Assembly: GCA_028279275.1 (NCBI GenBank)
Contig: JANQOB010000009.1
Coordinates: 200,781 to 264,780, forward strand
Length of the DNA: 64,000 nt
Reading direction: 5' to 3'
Origin: Gammaproteobacteria bacterium
GTDB taxonomy: Bacteria > Pseudomonadota > Gammaproteobacteria > UBA4575
The notes under the pieces are model-generated. The model searched no databases and had not been told where the DNA came from. It worked only from the letters and a program-made list of their open reading frames with translations. Made by a program: the position numbers and the translations under genes. Below are positions 53,290 through 63,238 of the stretch, one piece after another (within the stretch, counting starts at the first letter, position 1; each line of letters opens with the position of its first letter).

Positions 53290-55077
53290 ATGTGCGGTAT
53301 TTGTGGTGAATTGCGCCTGGATGATAAATCAGCAGATCAAGCGACTATTCAGCGCATGCTAATGCCTTTGCATAGGCGTGGTCCTGATCATGAAGGTGTT
53401 TTCATCTCTAAGATGATTGGTTTGGGACATCGGCGTTTATCCATTATTGATTTATCGAGCAATGCTAACCAGCCTATGCACGACAACGTGCACAACTTAA
53501 CTATCATATTTAATGGAACTATCTATAACTACCCTGAATTACGAGAACAACTTAAACAGAAAGGACATCAATTTAATTCAACAGGTGACACAGAAGTTAT
53601 TCTCAAGGCCTACGCCGAATGGGGGAAAGAATGCGTTGCTAAGTTAATTGGCATGTTTGCATTTGCTATATGGGATGCACATAAACAAGAAGTATTCTTA
53701 GCACGTGATCGCCTGGGGATTAAACCGCTTTATTATTCACAACATAAAAACTTTTTTCGCTTCGCATCAAACTCGCAAGCATTGTTGGCAGCAGGCGAGA
53801 TCGATACAGAATTTGATGCAATAGGCTTACATCATCATTTAACTTTACATGCTGTTGTTCCAGCACCTACTACTATCTTAAAAGGTTTGCGCAAGGTGCC
53901 GCCTGCGCATTTCTTGACGGTCAATTTAAAAGGTGAGGTAATCACGCAACGTTATTGGCACTTAGATGCAAGCCAAACGGATGATCTACGCAATGAACAA
54001 GATTGGATTGAAGCTATTCGAACTTCATTGAACATTTCGGTTGAACGTAGATTACATATTGCAGATGTGCCTGTTGGCGTGTTGTTATCTGGAGGTTTAG
54101 ATTCAAGCTTGTTGGTGGGTTTGCTTGCAGATTCTGGTGTAGAAAACCTACAGACCTATTCTGTTGGTTTTGAGGACCAGCCAGAAGAGCAGGGCAATGA
54201 ATTTGAATATTCTGATGCAGTAGTAGAAAAATTTTCTACCGAACATCATAAGTTTTATATCAAGAATAGTGATGTATTAAAAAGATTACCTCAAGCCATT
54301 GAGCAAATGGCCGAACCTATGGTCGGTCAAGATGCTGTGGCGTTCTATTTATTAGCTGAGCAAGTGAGCCAACACATTTCTGTGGTCCAATCAGGGCAGG
54401 GAGCGGACGAAGTATTTGGGGGTTACTTTTGGTATCCGCTGATGCAGGCAGAGAATAATTTTTCAGTGGAAAGTTTTGCTAAGCACTATTTTGATCGTAG
54501 TCATTCTGAAATGTCTGAAGTGCTTAATCCAGATCTTATAAGTGAAGATTTTACTTCTGAGAAAGTTGCACAATTATTAGAAGCAGCAAATACGAAAGAC
54601 TTTTTAGCAGCGGTATTACAAATGGATATAACTACATTGATTGTAGATGATCCGGTTAAACGCGTGGACAACATGACTATGGCATATGGTCTGGAAGCAC
54701 GTGTACCTTTTTTGGATCATGAATTGGTAGAGTTAGCCATGCAAATGCCTAACCAATACAAAACAAGTAGTGGTGGTAAACATATACTAAAGAAAATAGC
54801 GCGAGGCTTATTACCTGATAAAGTAATTGATCGCAGGAAAGGTTATTTCCCAGTACCTGCACTTAAATATGTACGCGGAGAATTTTTAGAATTTATGTGC
54901 GATATTTTAAGTTCTGATGCATGTAAAAATCGTAGACTATTTCAATCCTCGTATGTGAATAAATTATTGGACAAACCCGAAGACTATATGACGCCTCTGC
55001 AAGGCAGTAAGTTATGGCACTTAGCCTTATTAGAGCTATGGTTACAGCGCAATGTGGATACATCTATTGCTACGTGA
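53290..55077 (+). CDS. asnB: asparagine synthase (glutamine-hydrolysing)
   Basis: MCGICGELRLDD is an N-terminal nucleophile Cys start; SGGLDSS PP-loop motif. Confidence 0.9.
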   Translation: MCGICGELRLDDKSADQATIQRMLMPLHRRGPDHEGVFISKMIGLGHRRLSIIDLSSNANQPMHDNVHNLTIIFNGTIYNYPELREQLKQKGHQFNSTGDTEVILKAYAEWGKECVAKLIGMFAFAIWDAHKQEVFLARDRLGIKPLYYSQHKNFFRFASNSQALLAAGEIDTEFDAIGLHHHLTLHAVVPAPTTILKGLRKVPPAHFLTVNLKGEVITQRYWHLDASQTDDLRNEQDWIEAIRTSLNISVERRLHIADVPVGVLLSGGLDSSLLVGLLADSGVENLQTYSVGFEDQPEEQGNEFEYSDAVVEKFSTEHHKFYIKNSDVLKRLPQAIEQMAEPMVGQDAVAFYLLAEQVSQHISVVQSGQGADEVFGGYFWYPLMQAENNFSVESFAKHYFDRSHSEMSEVLNPDLISEDFTSEKVAQLLEAANTKDFLAAVLQMDITTLIVDDPVKRVDNMTMAYGLEARVPFLDHELVELAMQMPNQYKTSSGGKHILKKIARGLLPDKVIDRRKGYFPVPALKYVRGEFLEFMCDILSSDACKNRRLFQSSYVNKLLDKPEDYMTPLQGSKLWHLALLELWLQRNVDTSIAT

Positions 55078-55131
55078 CTCCATCACAGTAAAATATTGTC
55101 TAAGTTTTAGATCATTTTGGAGCTTTGTGAT

Positions 55132-55446
55132 ATGGACGTATTGGAACGTATAAAAGAACAAGTCGAGTCAAACTCTGTAATTCTATATATGAAGGGCACA
55201 CCGCAAATGCCCCAGTGTGGTTTTTCAAGTCGCACAGCCGAAGCATTAAAATCTTGTGGAAAAGAGTTTGCTTATGTGAATGTATTGATGGACCCTGAAA
55301 TTTTTGAGAACTTGCCAAGATTTGCAGACTGGCCAACGTTTCCTCAGTTGTACATTAATGGTGAGTTAGTTGGTGGATGTGATATCACCCTGGAGTTACA
55401 TGAGAAAGGCGAATTGCAAAAAATGGTCGATGAAGCTGCAGCTTGA
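55132..55446 (+). CDS. grxD: monothiol glutaredoxin Grx4 family
   Basis: CGFS active-site motif (PQCGFSSRTAEAL). GGAG Shine-Dalgarno before the ATG at 55132; the track's upstream TTG start was rejected. Confidence 0.9.
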   Translation: MDVLERIKEQVESNSVILYMKGTPQMPQCGFSSRTAEALKSCGKEFAYVNVLMDPEIFENLPRFADWPTFPQLYINGELVGGCDITLELHEKGELQKMVDEAAA

Positions 55447-55453
55447 TTACAAG

Positions 55454-56083
55454 TTACTCAGAGACTTTTCGCGCCTTCCATAAGTTCATCACTTTACAAA
55501 ACACATCTGCCGTTTTTTCGGCATCATAAATTGCAGAGTGGGCATTGTTATTATCCCATTCAATTTCAGCTGCTTCTGCAATTCTAGATAATACTGTTTG
55601 GCCATACGCTAAGGCACCTAGAGTTACAGTATCTAAACAACTGAAAGGGTGAAAAGGACTATTTTTAATATTATTTCGTGCTGCTGCTGCGTTGAGAAAT
55701 CCGAGATCAAAAAATGCATTGTGACCTACAAGTATGGCACGTGTACATTTGTTATCTTTTACATGTTTGCGTACGGGTTTGAATATTTCAGGTAACGCTT
55801 GTTTTTCATCAAGCGCAATTCTTAAAGGATGAAAGGGATCAATTCCATTTATCTCTAAAGAGGCTTGTTCCAGATTGGAACCTTCAAAAGGTTTGACATG
55901 TGTGGATATCGTTTCTTTTCTATATAGATCGCCATCTTGATTCATACTGATAAGTACTGCAGCAATTTCTAGTAATGCATCCGTTTCTGAATTAAAACCT
56001 CCAGTTTCAACGTCAATGACTACCGGGCAAAAACCACGTAAATGATTGGCGAATGGGATAAATTCTTGTGCTTCTTCGCTCAC
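55454..56083 (-). CDS. rnt: ribonuclease T
   Basis: DEDDh exonuclease motifs (VVIDVETGG; HNAFFDLGFL; HSAIYDAE) in a 209-aa protein. Confidence 0.9.
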   Translation of the reverse strand: MSEEAQEFIPFANHLRGFCPVVIDVETGGFNSETDALLEIAAVLISMNQDGDLYRKETISTHVKPFEGSNLEQASLEINGIDPFHPLRIALDEKQALPEIFKPVRKHVKDNKCTRAILVGHNAFFDLGFLNAAAARNNIKNSPFHPFSCLDTVTLGALAYGQTVLSRIAEAAEIEWDNNNAHSAIYDAEKTADVFCKVMNLWKARKVSE

Positions 56084-56168
56084 TTAGAATTTTCTTTTGC
56101 TAGCTAATGAGTACATTCAAGTTATAATTCTCACAAATACGAACAATTCATCTAACAGATTACATACT

Positions 56169-57389
56169 ATGTCATCAGTTCAAAAAGTTGTACTCGCCTA
56201 TTCGGGTGGTTTAGATACTTCGGTGATTCTCAAATGGCTGCAAGAAGTCTATAACTGTGAAGTTGTGACGTTCACGGCCGATATTGGGCAGGGCGAAGAA
56301 GTAGAGCCTGCGCGTGCAAAAGCACAAGCATTAGGGATTAAAGAGATTTTTATTGAAGATCTCACGGAAGAATTTGTCAGTGATTATGTGTTTCCGATGT
56401 TTAGAGCAAATACCGTATACGAAGGAGAATATCTATTAGGCACATCTATTGCTCGACCCTTAATCGCAAAGCGACTAGTTGAAATTGCGGCTCAAACAGG
56501 TGCCGATGCAATCTCGCATGGTGCTACTGGTAAAGGTAATGATCAAGTTCGTTTTGAGTTAGGTGCTTATGCACTAAATCCGGATATTAAAATAATCGCG
56601 CCTTGGAGAGAGTGGGACTTAAACTCACGTGAAAAGTTACTGGCTTATGCAGATAAACATGGAATAGCAGTAGAGCAAAAGCGTGGTAAAAAATCTCCTT
56701 ATTCTATGGATGCAAATTTATTGCATATTTCATACGAAGGTGGGCCACTTGAAGATCCATGGAATGAGCCAGAAGAAGATATGTGGAAGCTGAGTGTTTC
56801 GCCTGAGCAAGCACCCAATGAGTCAGCATTTATTGAAATTGGTTTTGAACAAGGTGATGCCGTAAGCATAGACAGTGAAAAGAAAACACCTGCACAGTTA
56901 TTAACATTTTTAAACAAGATTGCATGTGAACATGGCGTTGGAAGGCAAGACATTGTGGAAAATCGTTATGTTGGAATGAAATCACGAGGATGTTATGAGA
57001 CGCCGGGCGGTACTATTTTGTTGAAAGCACATCGTGCAATGGAATCATTAACCATGGATAGAGAGATCGCGCATTTAAAAGATGAGCTCATGCCGCGTTA
57101 TGCCAAGTTAATTTACAATGGCTATTGGTGGAGCCCAGAACGTTTAGCGATGCAACAATGCATTGATGCAACGCAAGTGAACGTCACAGGTACTGTACGA
57201 GTCAAATTATATAAAGGGAATGTAATAATCGTTGGTCGTAAATCAGACAGTCATAGCTTATTTGATGCAAATATCGCCACTTTTGAGGACGATGAGGGTG
57301 CCTATAATCAACAAGATGCAGAGGGTTTTATCAAATTAAATGCCCTAAGAATGAGGATTGCGGCAAAATCTTCTAGACATCGCGACTAA
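56169..57389 (+). CDS. argG: argininosuccinate synthase
   Basis: [19 protein letters not shown] is the canonical ArgG start. The track's 24-aa N-terminal extension is non-homologous. Confidence 0.95.
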   Translation: MSSVQKVVLAYSGGLDTSVILKWLQEVYNCEVVTFTADIGQGEEVEPARAKAQALGIKEIFIEDLTEEFVSDYVFPMFRANTVYEGEYLLGTSIARPLIAKRLVEIAAQTGADAISHGATGKGNDQVRFELGAYALNPDIKIIAPWREWDLNSREKLLAYADKHGIAVEQKRGKKSPYSMDANLLHISYEGGPLEDPWNEPEEDMWKLSVSPEQAPNESAFIEIGFEQGDAVSIDSEKKTPAQLLTFLNKIACEHGVGRQDIVENRYVGMKSRGCYETPGGTILLKAHRAMESLTMDREIAHLKDELMPRYAKLIYNGYWWSPERLAMQQCIDATQVNVTGTVRVKLYKGNVIIVGRKSDSHSLFDANIATFEDDEGAYNQQDAEGFIKLNALRMRIAAKSSRHRD

Positions 57390-57432
57390 ATCAATTTAAA
57401 ACATAAACTATAATAATTCGAACTAATTCATT

Positions 57433-58161
57433 ATGACTAAGTATTTAGCAGTTCTCATACTATTTGCATTGCTTGGCAGTGGCTGTGCAACTTCTCCAGA
57501 TTACGCACCTGATGAAAGAGATCCATGGCAGGGATTCAACCGTAAAGTCTATAGTTTTAACGATGCGTTAGATCGCTCATTTCTCGTTCCAGCCGCTGCG
57601 AGTTATCGTGCAGTGACTCCAGATATTGCCGAACAGGGCGTCAGCAACTTTTTCTCCAATATAGGCGATCTGGGTGTTGCGTTTAACAATACTCTGCAAT
57701 TTAAGTTCTTAGATGCCGCTTCCGATATCGGACGAATCATCGTGAATTCGACGATTGGCTTATTAGGTTTTATGGATGTTGCCAGTCGCATGGGTTTGGA
57801 AAAACACGATGAAGATTTTGGACAAACACTTGGATACTGGGGTATGGACTCAGGTCCTTATTTAATGCTGCCATTTTTCGGTCCGAGTACTGTGCGTGAC
57901 GGGCCGGGAAGAGTCGTGGATACTCTTATTTACCCGCCTAATTGGGCAGACATAAAAACTTCAGAACGAAATGGTTTATTTGCTCTCAATCTAATCAACA
58001 CCCGTGCAGAATTAATGCAGTTGGAAGAGAAGACAGGTGACTTAAGTCGAGATCGTTACGTGTTTATTCGTGATGCATATTTGGATCGTCGAGAATTTCT
58101 AGTTAATGATGGTGAAATTTCAACAGACGATGATCTTTACGAAGAGCTCGAAGACGAATAG
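57433..58161 (+). CDS. mlaA: MlaA/VacJ family outer-membrane lipoprotein
   Basis: Lipobox LGSGC. ...FLVPAAASYRAVTPDIAEQGVSNFFSNIGD... is MlaA-typical. Confidence 0.85.
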   Translation: MTKYLAVLILFALLGSGCATSPDYAPDERDPWQGFNRKVYSFNDALDRSFLVPAAASYRAVTPDIAEQGVSNFFSNIGDLGVAFNNTLQFKFLDAASDIGRIIVNSTIGLLGFMDVASRMGLEKHDEDFGQTLGYWGMDSGPYLMLPFFGPSTVRDGPGRVVDTLIYPPNWADIKTSERNGLFALNLINTRAELMQLEEKTGDLSRDRYVFIRDAYLDRREFLVNDGEISTDDDLYEELEDE

Positions 58162-58178
58162 TTGCTAAATAATGCATC

Positions 58179-58985
58179 GTGGGTAAGTGCATCGTCTGCA
58201 ATAAATCTGCAGGACCTTTTTACTCCTTACATAAAGCTTGTTTACCTGTTTACCAGAATACACAGCAGTCTTTAAAAACAAAATTGTCTAGCTATCTTGA
58301 TTCTGACGAAGAGTCATCGATTGCGGATTTGAAAGCATGTCGACCTTCTGAAGGTTTCTCTGAGTATCACTTTAAACAAATTTGCATCAAGGCTTGGCAA
58401 GAGCATGCTAGGCATGTTGTAAGTCAGGCGTCTTTAAATGTTCCCGTAGCCAAGAAGCTTTTAAATATTGCGAATGAGTTTGAAATCTACAAAAATGAAA
58501 CAGAGCCTTATCTAATCTCTCGCTTAATGAATTTTGAATATTTGCAGGCCCTGCAAAATGATCAATCAATAGAGTTTCATTCTAACTTTGATATGACTGC
58601 GATAGAGCTTAATGAAGGTGAGTATGCAATTTGGCAATTTGATGAAATAGATAAATCAGAACAACATCAATACTCACAACAAAAGTCTTGGACGCTATTT
58701 AGTTCGCTTTTAGACAATTTGTTTATGAAGTCGCGCTACAAACCCTTAGATGTGAAACTTGAAAAGTCGGGTAAATTATTAATTACGAACCAAGCACTCC
58801 ATTATTTGTTAGATAACTCGGTAAAAGAAACAAAATTTTCAGATATTCATTCTGTAACGCCTATGAAACATGGCATAAGAATTCAAGCCGCAATAAGGAA
58901 TGCTACACCAGATACCTACATAACTGGAGATGGGCGTTTTACATATGCCTTGCTGCAATATGCGCAAGGTAAAGATTCTAGATAA
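58179..58985 (+). CDS. hypothetical protein with N-terminal CxxC...HxxC
   Basis: GTG start, 268 aa, no family recognised. Confidence 0.45.
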   Translation: MGKCIVCNKSAGPFYSLHKACLPVYQNTQQSLKTKLSSYLDSDEESSIADLKACRPSEGFSEYHFKQICIKAWQEHARHVVSQASLNVPVAKKLLNIANEFEIYKNETEPYLISRLMNFEYLQALQNDQSIEFHSNFDMTAIELNEGEYAIWQFDEIDKSEQHQYSQQKSWTLFSSLLDNLFMKSRYKPLDVKLEKSGKLLITNQALHYLLDNSVKETKFSDIHSVTPMKHGIRIQAAIRNATPDTYITGDGRFTYALLQYAQGKDSR

Positions 58986-58986
58986 G

Positions 58987-59127
58987 CTTAACCGCCAAAT
59001 AGTTTTTTGAGCCAACACATAAAGCCACCGCTATCACCGGTTCGTGATGATTTTGACTGGGTGGTTCGCCCGTTCTGGGCTTCATAGTGACGGCGTAAAA
59101 CCGAATCAGTTGGGACTGCATTATCCA
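58987..59127 (-). CDS. unannotated small ORF (46 aa), not in the supplied ORF track
   Basis: AAAGGAGAAAG Shine-Dalgarno 5 nt before the ATG at 59125-59127. Translation MDNAVPTDSVLRRHYEAQNGRTTQSKSSRTGDSGGFMCWLKKLFGG. Confidence 0.3.
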
Positions 59128-59373
59128 TACTTTCTCCTTTTGACCTTAGTTAAACAAGGATAGGTATTGTTATTGTTATGGAGATTGCTTGTACCTAGGT
59201 ACAGTCAGGGATTTTGTGCTTTGTTTGGCAAAGGGTCAACTAAGAATGCGGTACTATGCAAGGAAATTTGATCTATTTTTATGGTGGTTAAGTTTTAACT
59301 ACTTGCTAATAAGCTGGTATTATAGTTAGGCATAAATTATTAAATAATCATAACGAGTTTAAGGATTTAAAGG

Positions 59374-60000
59374 ATGAATAGAAAAGCGCTGGAAGTACTG
59401 GCGGGCGGTAGATACCTTGAGGACACGGTGATACATGACAAGGATCGAGACCCTGAATTTGAACGTCATATTCGTAAAATACTTGAGCTCATAGGTGAAG
59501 ATCCAACTCGTGAAGGGCTATTGGATACCCCAAAGCGCGTCTCTAAAGCGATGCATTTTTTAACGGAAGGATATCACCTCGGAGTTGAAGATGTTGTTCG
59601 TGATGCATTGTTCGAAGAACAATGTGAAGAAATGGTGATTGTTAAGGACGTCGAATTTTATTCTTTATGTGAACATCACATGCTGCCATTTTTCGGTCGT
59701 GCACATGTCGGGTATTTACCAAAAAATAAGGTCATTGGTCTAAGCAAAATTGCACGTGTAGTAGATGTATTTGCAAGACGTTTACAAGTTCAAGAAAGAC
59801 TCACTTCGCAAATTGCAAAAGGATTAATTGAAGTACTAGATGCGCATGGCGTCGCAGTAGTAGTTGAAGCGAGTCACTTCTGCATGGTGATGCGTGGCGT
59901 ACAAAAACAAAATAGTAAAACGGTTACCAGCTCGATGCTTGGTGCATTTCGAGATGATTCACGTTCACGCTCAGAATTTATGGAGCATATTCGCGATTAA
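59374..60000 (+). CDS. folE: GTP cyclohydrolase I
   Basis: 208 aa. ...[31 protein letters not shown]... is the FolE catalytic motif. Confidence 0.95.
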   Translation: MNRKALEVLAGGRYLEDTVIHDKDRDPEFERHIRKILELIGEDPTREGLLDTPKRVSKAMHFLTEGYHLGVEDVVRDALFEEQCEEMVIVKDVEFYSLCEHHMLPFFGRAHVGYLPKNKVIGLSKIARVVDVFARRLQVQERLTSQIAKGLIEVLDAHGVAVVVEASHFCMVMRGVQKQNSKTVTSSMLGAFRDDSRSRSEFMEHIRD

Positions 60001-60322
60001 GTGAGCGCCTTGACGCGCGAATACGATATCCATCAGGGATGATGCAATAGATTAAAGTACTGTTGCTTTAAAAAATGAACAGGTTGGGAATTTAGTTTTT
60101 AATTTCAAAAGTCTTTGCTTTCGAAAAAAATATTTCCTTTTTGGAAATAGTTGCAAACACTCCAAAGCAGATAATTATTAGCTTTTAAGAAATTAATATC
60201 TCGTATAAAGAGAGACTTACCTCTTTTCTTTCCACCAATTTTAATCAATGTATAATTTAAACAACAACAATGGATAAGTGTCTTGAATTTCCATAAGTCA
60301 ATTAACTGATACTGAACAGAGG

Positions 60323-60595
60323 TTGGATGCAATGGAACTGCATGGATGGAATGACTGTAAAAACATAATTCCCGAAATCAAACGGCAACCTAACAATAGA
60401 ATTGCATCTGATCCTATTTGGTTGTTGCTCATCGATGGTACCGTTCTAGGGCATACCGTACGGTGTTTCTTAGATAGCAAAACCGAAATATCCTGGGGTG
60501 GGATCAAAAAAGACCGTGTTTCGCATTGGGCTTACAATATTCCCCCACCGCTTCCTGAAGAATTTACTCCTAAAAAAATAAAGAAATCTTTTTAA
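60323..60595 (+). CDS. hypothetical protein (90 aa)
   Basis: GAGG Shine-Dalgarno. No family recognised. 7-nt gap to the next ORF. Confidence 0.4.
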   Translation: MDAMELHGWNDCKNIIPEIKRQPNNRIASDPIWLLLIDGTVLGHTVRCFLDSKTEISWGGIKKDRVSHWAYNIPPPLPEEFTPKKIKKSF

Positions 60596-60602
60596 GGCTT
60601 CT

Positions 60603-60824
60603 TTGATGCATGACCAATATAAAAATTTGGATCTTGAAGACATCGACAAGTTGAACAATAAAGGCTGGTTTCTAGTCACTTACTTTCAATGTCGTAAAGA
60701 CTCTAAAGCCTGCGGGTCACGTGATCGCGCGATTGAAAAAGCAAATAGTATAGATCGAGAAGTAGGTATAAGGACTGTAGAAAAAGAAAATTATGTTGTC
60801 TTTGAAGTTTGGGAGAAGTGGTGA
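60603..60824 (+). CDS. hypothetical protein (73 aa)
   Basis: Tightly linked to 60323-60595. No family recognised. Confidence 0.4.
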   Translation: MMHDQYKNLDLEDIDKLNNKGWFLVTYFQCRKDSKACGSRDRAIEKANSIDREVGIRTVEKENYVVFEVWEKW

Positions 60825-61008
60825 GATCTACTCACAAACCAAAATGTGAACACACGGGAGTGCTTATATAACGTTCATCATGCGCGATGTATCCGTTTCA
60901 TTTCTTAGCTAGAATGTCCGCTATCGACTGAAAGCGAACAATTATTGAATTTAAAACAGAGAGCCAATATCAACTCAGCACCTAGCTAAGTTTTCAATTG
61001 TTGCTAAG

Positions 61009-61467
61009 CTATAATTTAGACGCATAGACTTGTTTTACATATTCCTTTGTAAATATTCTTGTAACAAGTCTTAAAAATTCTACATCACATTCTGAATTTG
61101 CAGAGTTAATAATATCTTCAAAATCAGAATTTTCTGTTTTACTTTTATTGTAAAAACTAATTAAAGACTCTTTTACTTCCGGTAGTAATTGTTTTGCGAG
61201 CTTCTGTGTAGATTCTATGTTCTTAGGCAAAACATTTTTATTTTCTAAGCTATTTGCTAGACCAGATGTTAGTAAATCATCTATAAGAATTTTATCTAAA
61301 CCTGGGTGCGAAATCGCTTCTGCGCATGCAAGTGCGGCAGCTGTTATATCGCGTGTGTATGCTATGGACGTATACCCTTTTGGTGTGAAGGTATCCGTCG
61401 CGTTACATTTCGTGCGTTGTTTAAATGGAAGCCAGTCTGTAATTGAAAGATTAAATGGCATAGTCAA
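61009..61467 (-). CDS. hypothetical protein (152 aa)
   Basis: ORF with coding-like composition. Repeat copy B lies in its 5' region. Confidence 0.45.
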   Translation of the reverse strand: MTMPFNLSITDWLPFKQRTKCNATDTFTPKGYTSIAYTRDITAAALACAEAISHPGLDKILIDDLLTSGLANSLENKNVLPKNIESTQKLAKQLLPEVKESLISFYNKSKTENSDFEDIINSANSECDVEFLRLVTRIFTKEYVKQVYASKL

Positions 61468-61503
61468 ATACTCCTTGCTTCTAAATTTTGAGTACGCTGA
61501 TAT

Positions 61504-61587
61504 GACTTAGAAGCAACAAGTACTATCATCGCTTTAGCAGTATTTTGTTGTCGCCCTGCAAGTTGTTTATTAAATCAGCGACATAAA
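61504..61587. repeat. ~85-nt intergenic repeat element, copy B
   Basis: gacttagaagc...tcatcgctttagcagtattttgttGTCGCcctgcaagttgtttattaaatcaGCGACataa, about 90% identical to 631-713. Confidence 0.5.
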
Positions 61588-61591
61588 AAAA

Positions 61592-61623
61592 CCCACTATA
61601 GTACAGACTACAGCGGGCTTTTT
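61592..61623. terminator. bidirectional hairpin + T-tract between repeat copies B and C
   Basis: AAAAAA-cccactatagta...cagactacagcggg-cTTTTT; imperfect stem. Confidence 0.4.
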
Positions 61624-61632
61624 AATAACCTC

Positions 61633-61690
61633 TCGCTTTAGCAGTACTTAGTTATGCGCCCGCAAGCTGTAGCTCAAATCGGCGCAATAT
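61633..61690. repeat. divergent third copy (C) of the repeat element
   Basis: tcgctttagcagtacttagttatGCGCCcgcaagctgtagctcaaatcgGCGC: same cgctttagcag box, spacer and GC-clamped hairpin architecture. Confidence 0.35.
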
Positions 61691-61991
61691 AGTCTTAACA
61701 TATTATATGAATTGCACTTAGTCAAACTTCTTAATAATTTTAATTCATAATACAAGTAAAGTACTATGTATAGAGGACATTCATAAAATTAATATCAATT
61801 AGATACGCAATAAAATTGTAGCGTCAGAAATATATTAATGTCCGCTATTGGCTGGCAGAAATACGCTATTCGGCAACAGCTCCTGCATAGCGCTAATAAG
61901 TTACATCCATGTAACGATGCAGTTTTTTTTAGCACTTCCGCCATCCATGATGGTCGAAGTGGGGATAATCTAACTACAAGGTTTTATAAAT

Positions 61992-62456
61992 ATGACTACA
62001 CAAATACATCATCTAACTGCGAATGATGTAACAATCATGAGATCTATGCTGACCACCTTTGGTGAAGTATTCAATGATATGAATACCTATACTGAAATGC
62101 AGCCCAATTCAAACTACTTGGAAAAATTACTAAATAACGATTCATTTATCGCATTGGCCGCGTTAAAGAATAATAATGTTGTTGGTGCTATGGCAGCATA
62201 TGAGCTTGTAAAGTTTGAGCAAGAACGGAGTGAAATTTACATTTATGATCTTGCAGTAGATAAATCCCATCGGCGTAAAGGTATTGCAACAAGCTTGATA
62301 GAAGAGCTAAAAAATATTGCTGTTAAACGAGGAGCCTACGTAATTTTTGTTCAGGCTGACAAAGGTATTGAGGATGAACCAGCCATTGCTCTCTATAATA
62401 AACTTGGAGAAACTTGTGAAGACGTATTTCACTTCGATATTCAAGTTAATAATTAG
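61992..62456 (+). CDS. AAC(3)-I-family aminoglycoside N(3)-acetyltransferase homologue (GNAT)
   Basis: [88 protein letters not shown] versus AAC(3)-Ia as recalled: [86 protein letters not shown]. Roughly 50% identity over the GNAT core. Confidence 0.8.
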   Translation: MTTQIHHLTANDVTIMRSMLTTFGEVFNDMNTYTEMQPNSNYLEKLLNNDSFIALAALKNNNVVGAMAAYELVKFEQERSEIYIYDLAVDKSHRRKGIATSLIEELKNIAVKRGAYVIFVQADKGIEDEPAIALYNKLGETCEDVFHFDIQVNN

Positions 62457-62486
62457 AAAGCAGATATTTAATTAGAGATTAATATC

Positions 62487-62927
62487 ATGAAAGATCTAAA
62501 AAAAATATTTCGTAACCTAGAAAAAGAAATGAGTCGATCAAGCTGGTTTGATGACGGCTGGGAAATTTACAACCGCGGTGTTTATTTGCAGCTATACAAG
62601 TTTAATTGGCATAACCATAATCAGGAAGGGATTCATTTTGAGACTTTTATAGAAGCTAGAGAAGTCAAACAAAAAGCATTCCCAATCTGTCTGCATGCGG
62701 AGCAGGATTGTCCTTCACAGAAGGAATTCGTTCAGGAGTTTTTAGTATTAGAAAAAGATCGTATAAACAACTGGAAGGGTTATCAGATCGGTGAGGGTTA
62801 CAATATTTGCAAAAGAAAGCTCCCTCTCAATTTTAAGAATCTAGAACAACGACTACTCGAAGAGTTCAATAGGCTTCGACAGTTAGAAAAGGGGATAGAA
62901 CAGGCATTAAGTCTGGTGCAAGCTTAG
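62487..62927 (+). CDS. hypothetical protein (146 aa)
   Basis: 30 nt downstream of the AAC(3)-like gene on the same strand. No family recognised. Confidence 0.45.
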   Translation: MKDLKKIFRNLEKEMSRSSWFDDGWEIYNRGVYLQLYKFNWHNHNQEGIHFETFIEAREVKQKAFPICLHAEQDCPSQKEFVQEFLVLEKDRINNWKGYQIGEGYNICKRKLPLNFKNLEQRLLEEFNRLRQLEKGIEQALSLVQA

Positions 62928-62974
62928 CTTGGTTAGCCTAATCAAGAGAGCGTTTTACATAAAGTAGTAAAACT

Positions 62975-63166
62975 ATGAAGCGGAAAAAAAGTCCATGTAT
63001 TGATGTATGCGAGTTTGCGGGCCCCAAAGGGTGGTGCCTGGGTTGCGGTCGAACGGAACAGGAATGTAATAAATGGAAGACAATGAAGCCATATGCTAGA
63101 AATGACCTTGAGAAAGAGCTTCATAGAAGAATGTGCAAGATGGCTGCTATTCGAATCGAGCGTTAA
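62975..63166 (+). CDS. DUF1289-like small Cys-rich (putative Fe-S/zinc) protein
   Basis: CIDVCEF...KGWCLGCGRTEQECNKW matches the DUF1289 pattern (C.GVC....C.GC.R...E...W). Confidence 0.6.
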   Translation: MKRKKSPCIDVCEFAGPKGWCLGCGRTEQECNKWKTMKPYARNDLEKELHRRMCKMAAIRIER

Positions 63167-63238
63167 CCAATCACTCAATCAGTTGGCGCGTAAAAATCAA
63201 TGTTGGCCATTTGCTAGCAATTGGTTTCTTTCAAATCA

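Noticed and set aside
61838-62026. 62-aa ORF upstream of and overlapping the AAC(3)-like start
   Set aside because: It overlaps the promoter region and the 5' end of the well-supported GNAT gene in another frame. Low-complexity, AT-rich, with no Shine-Dalgarno.
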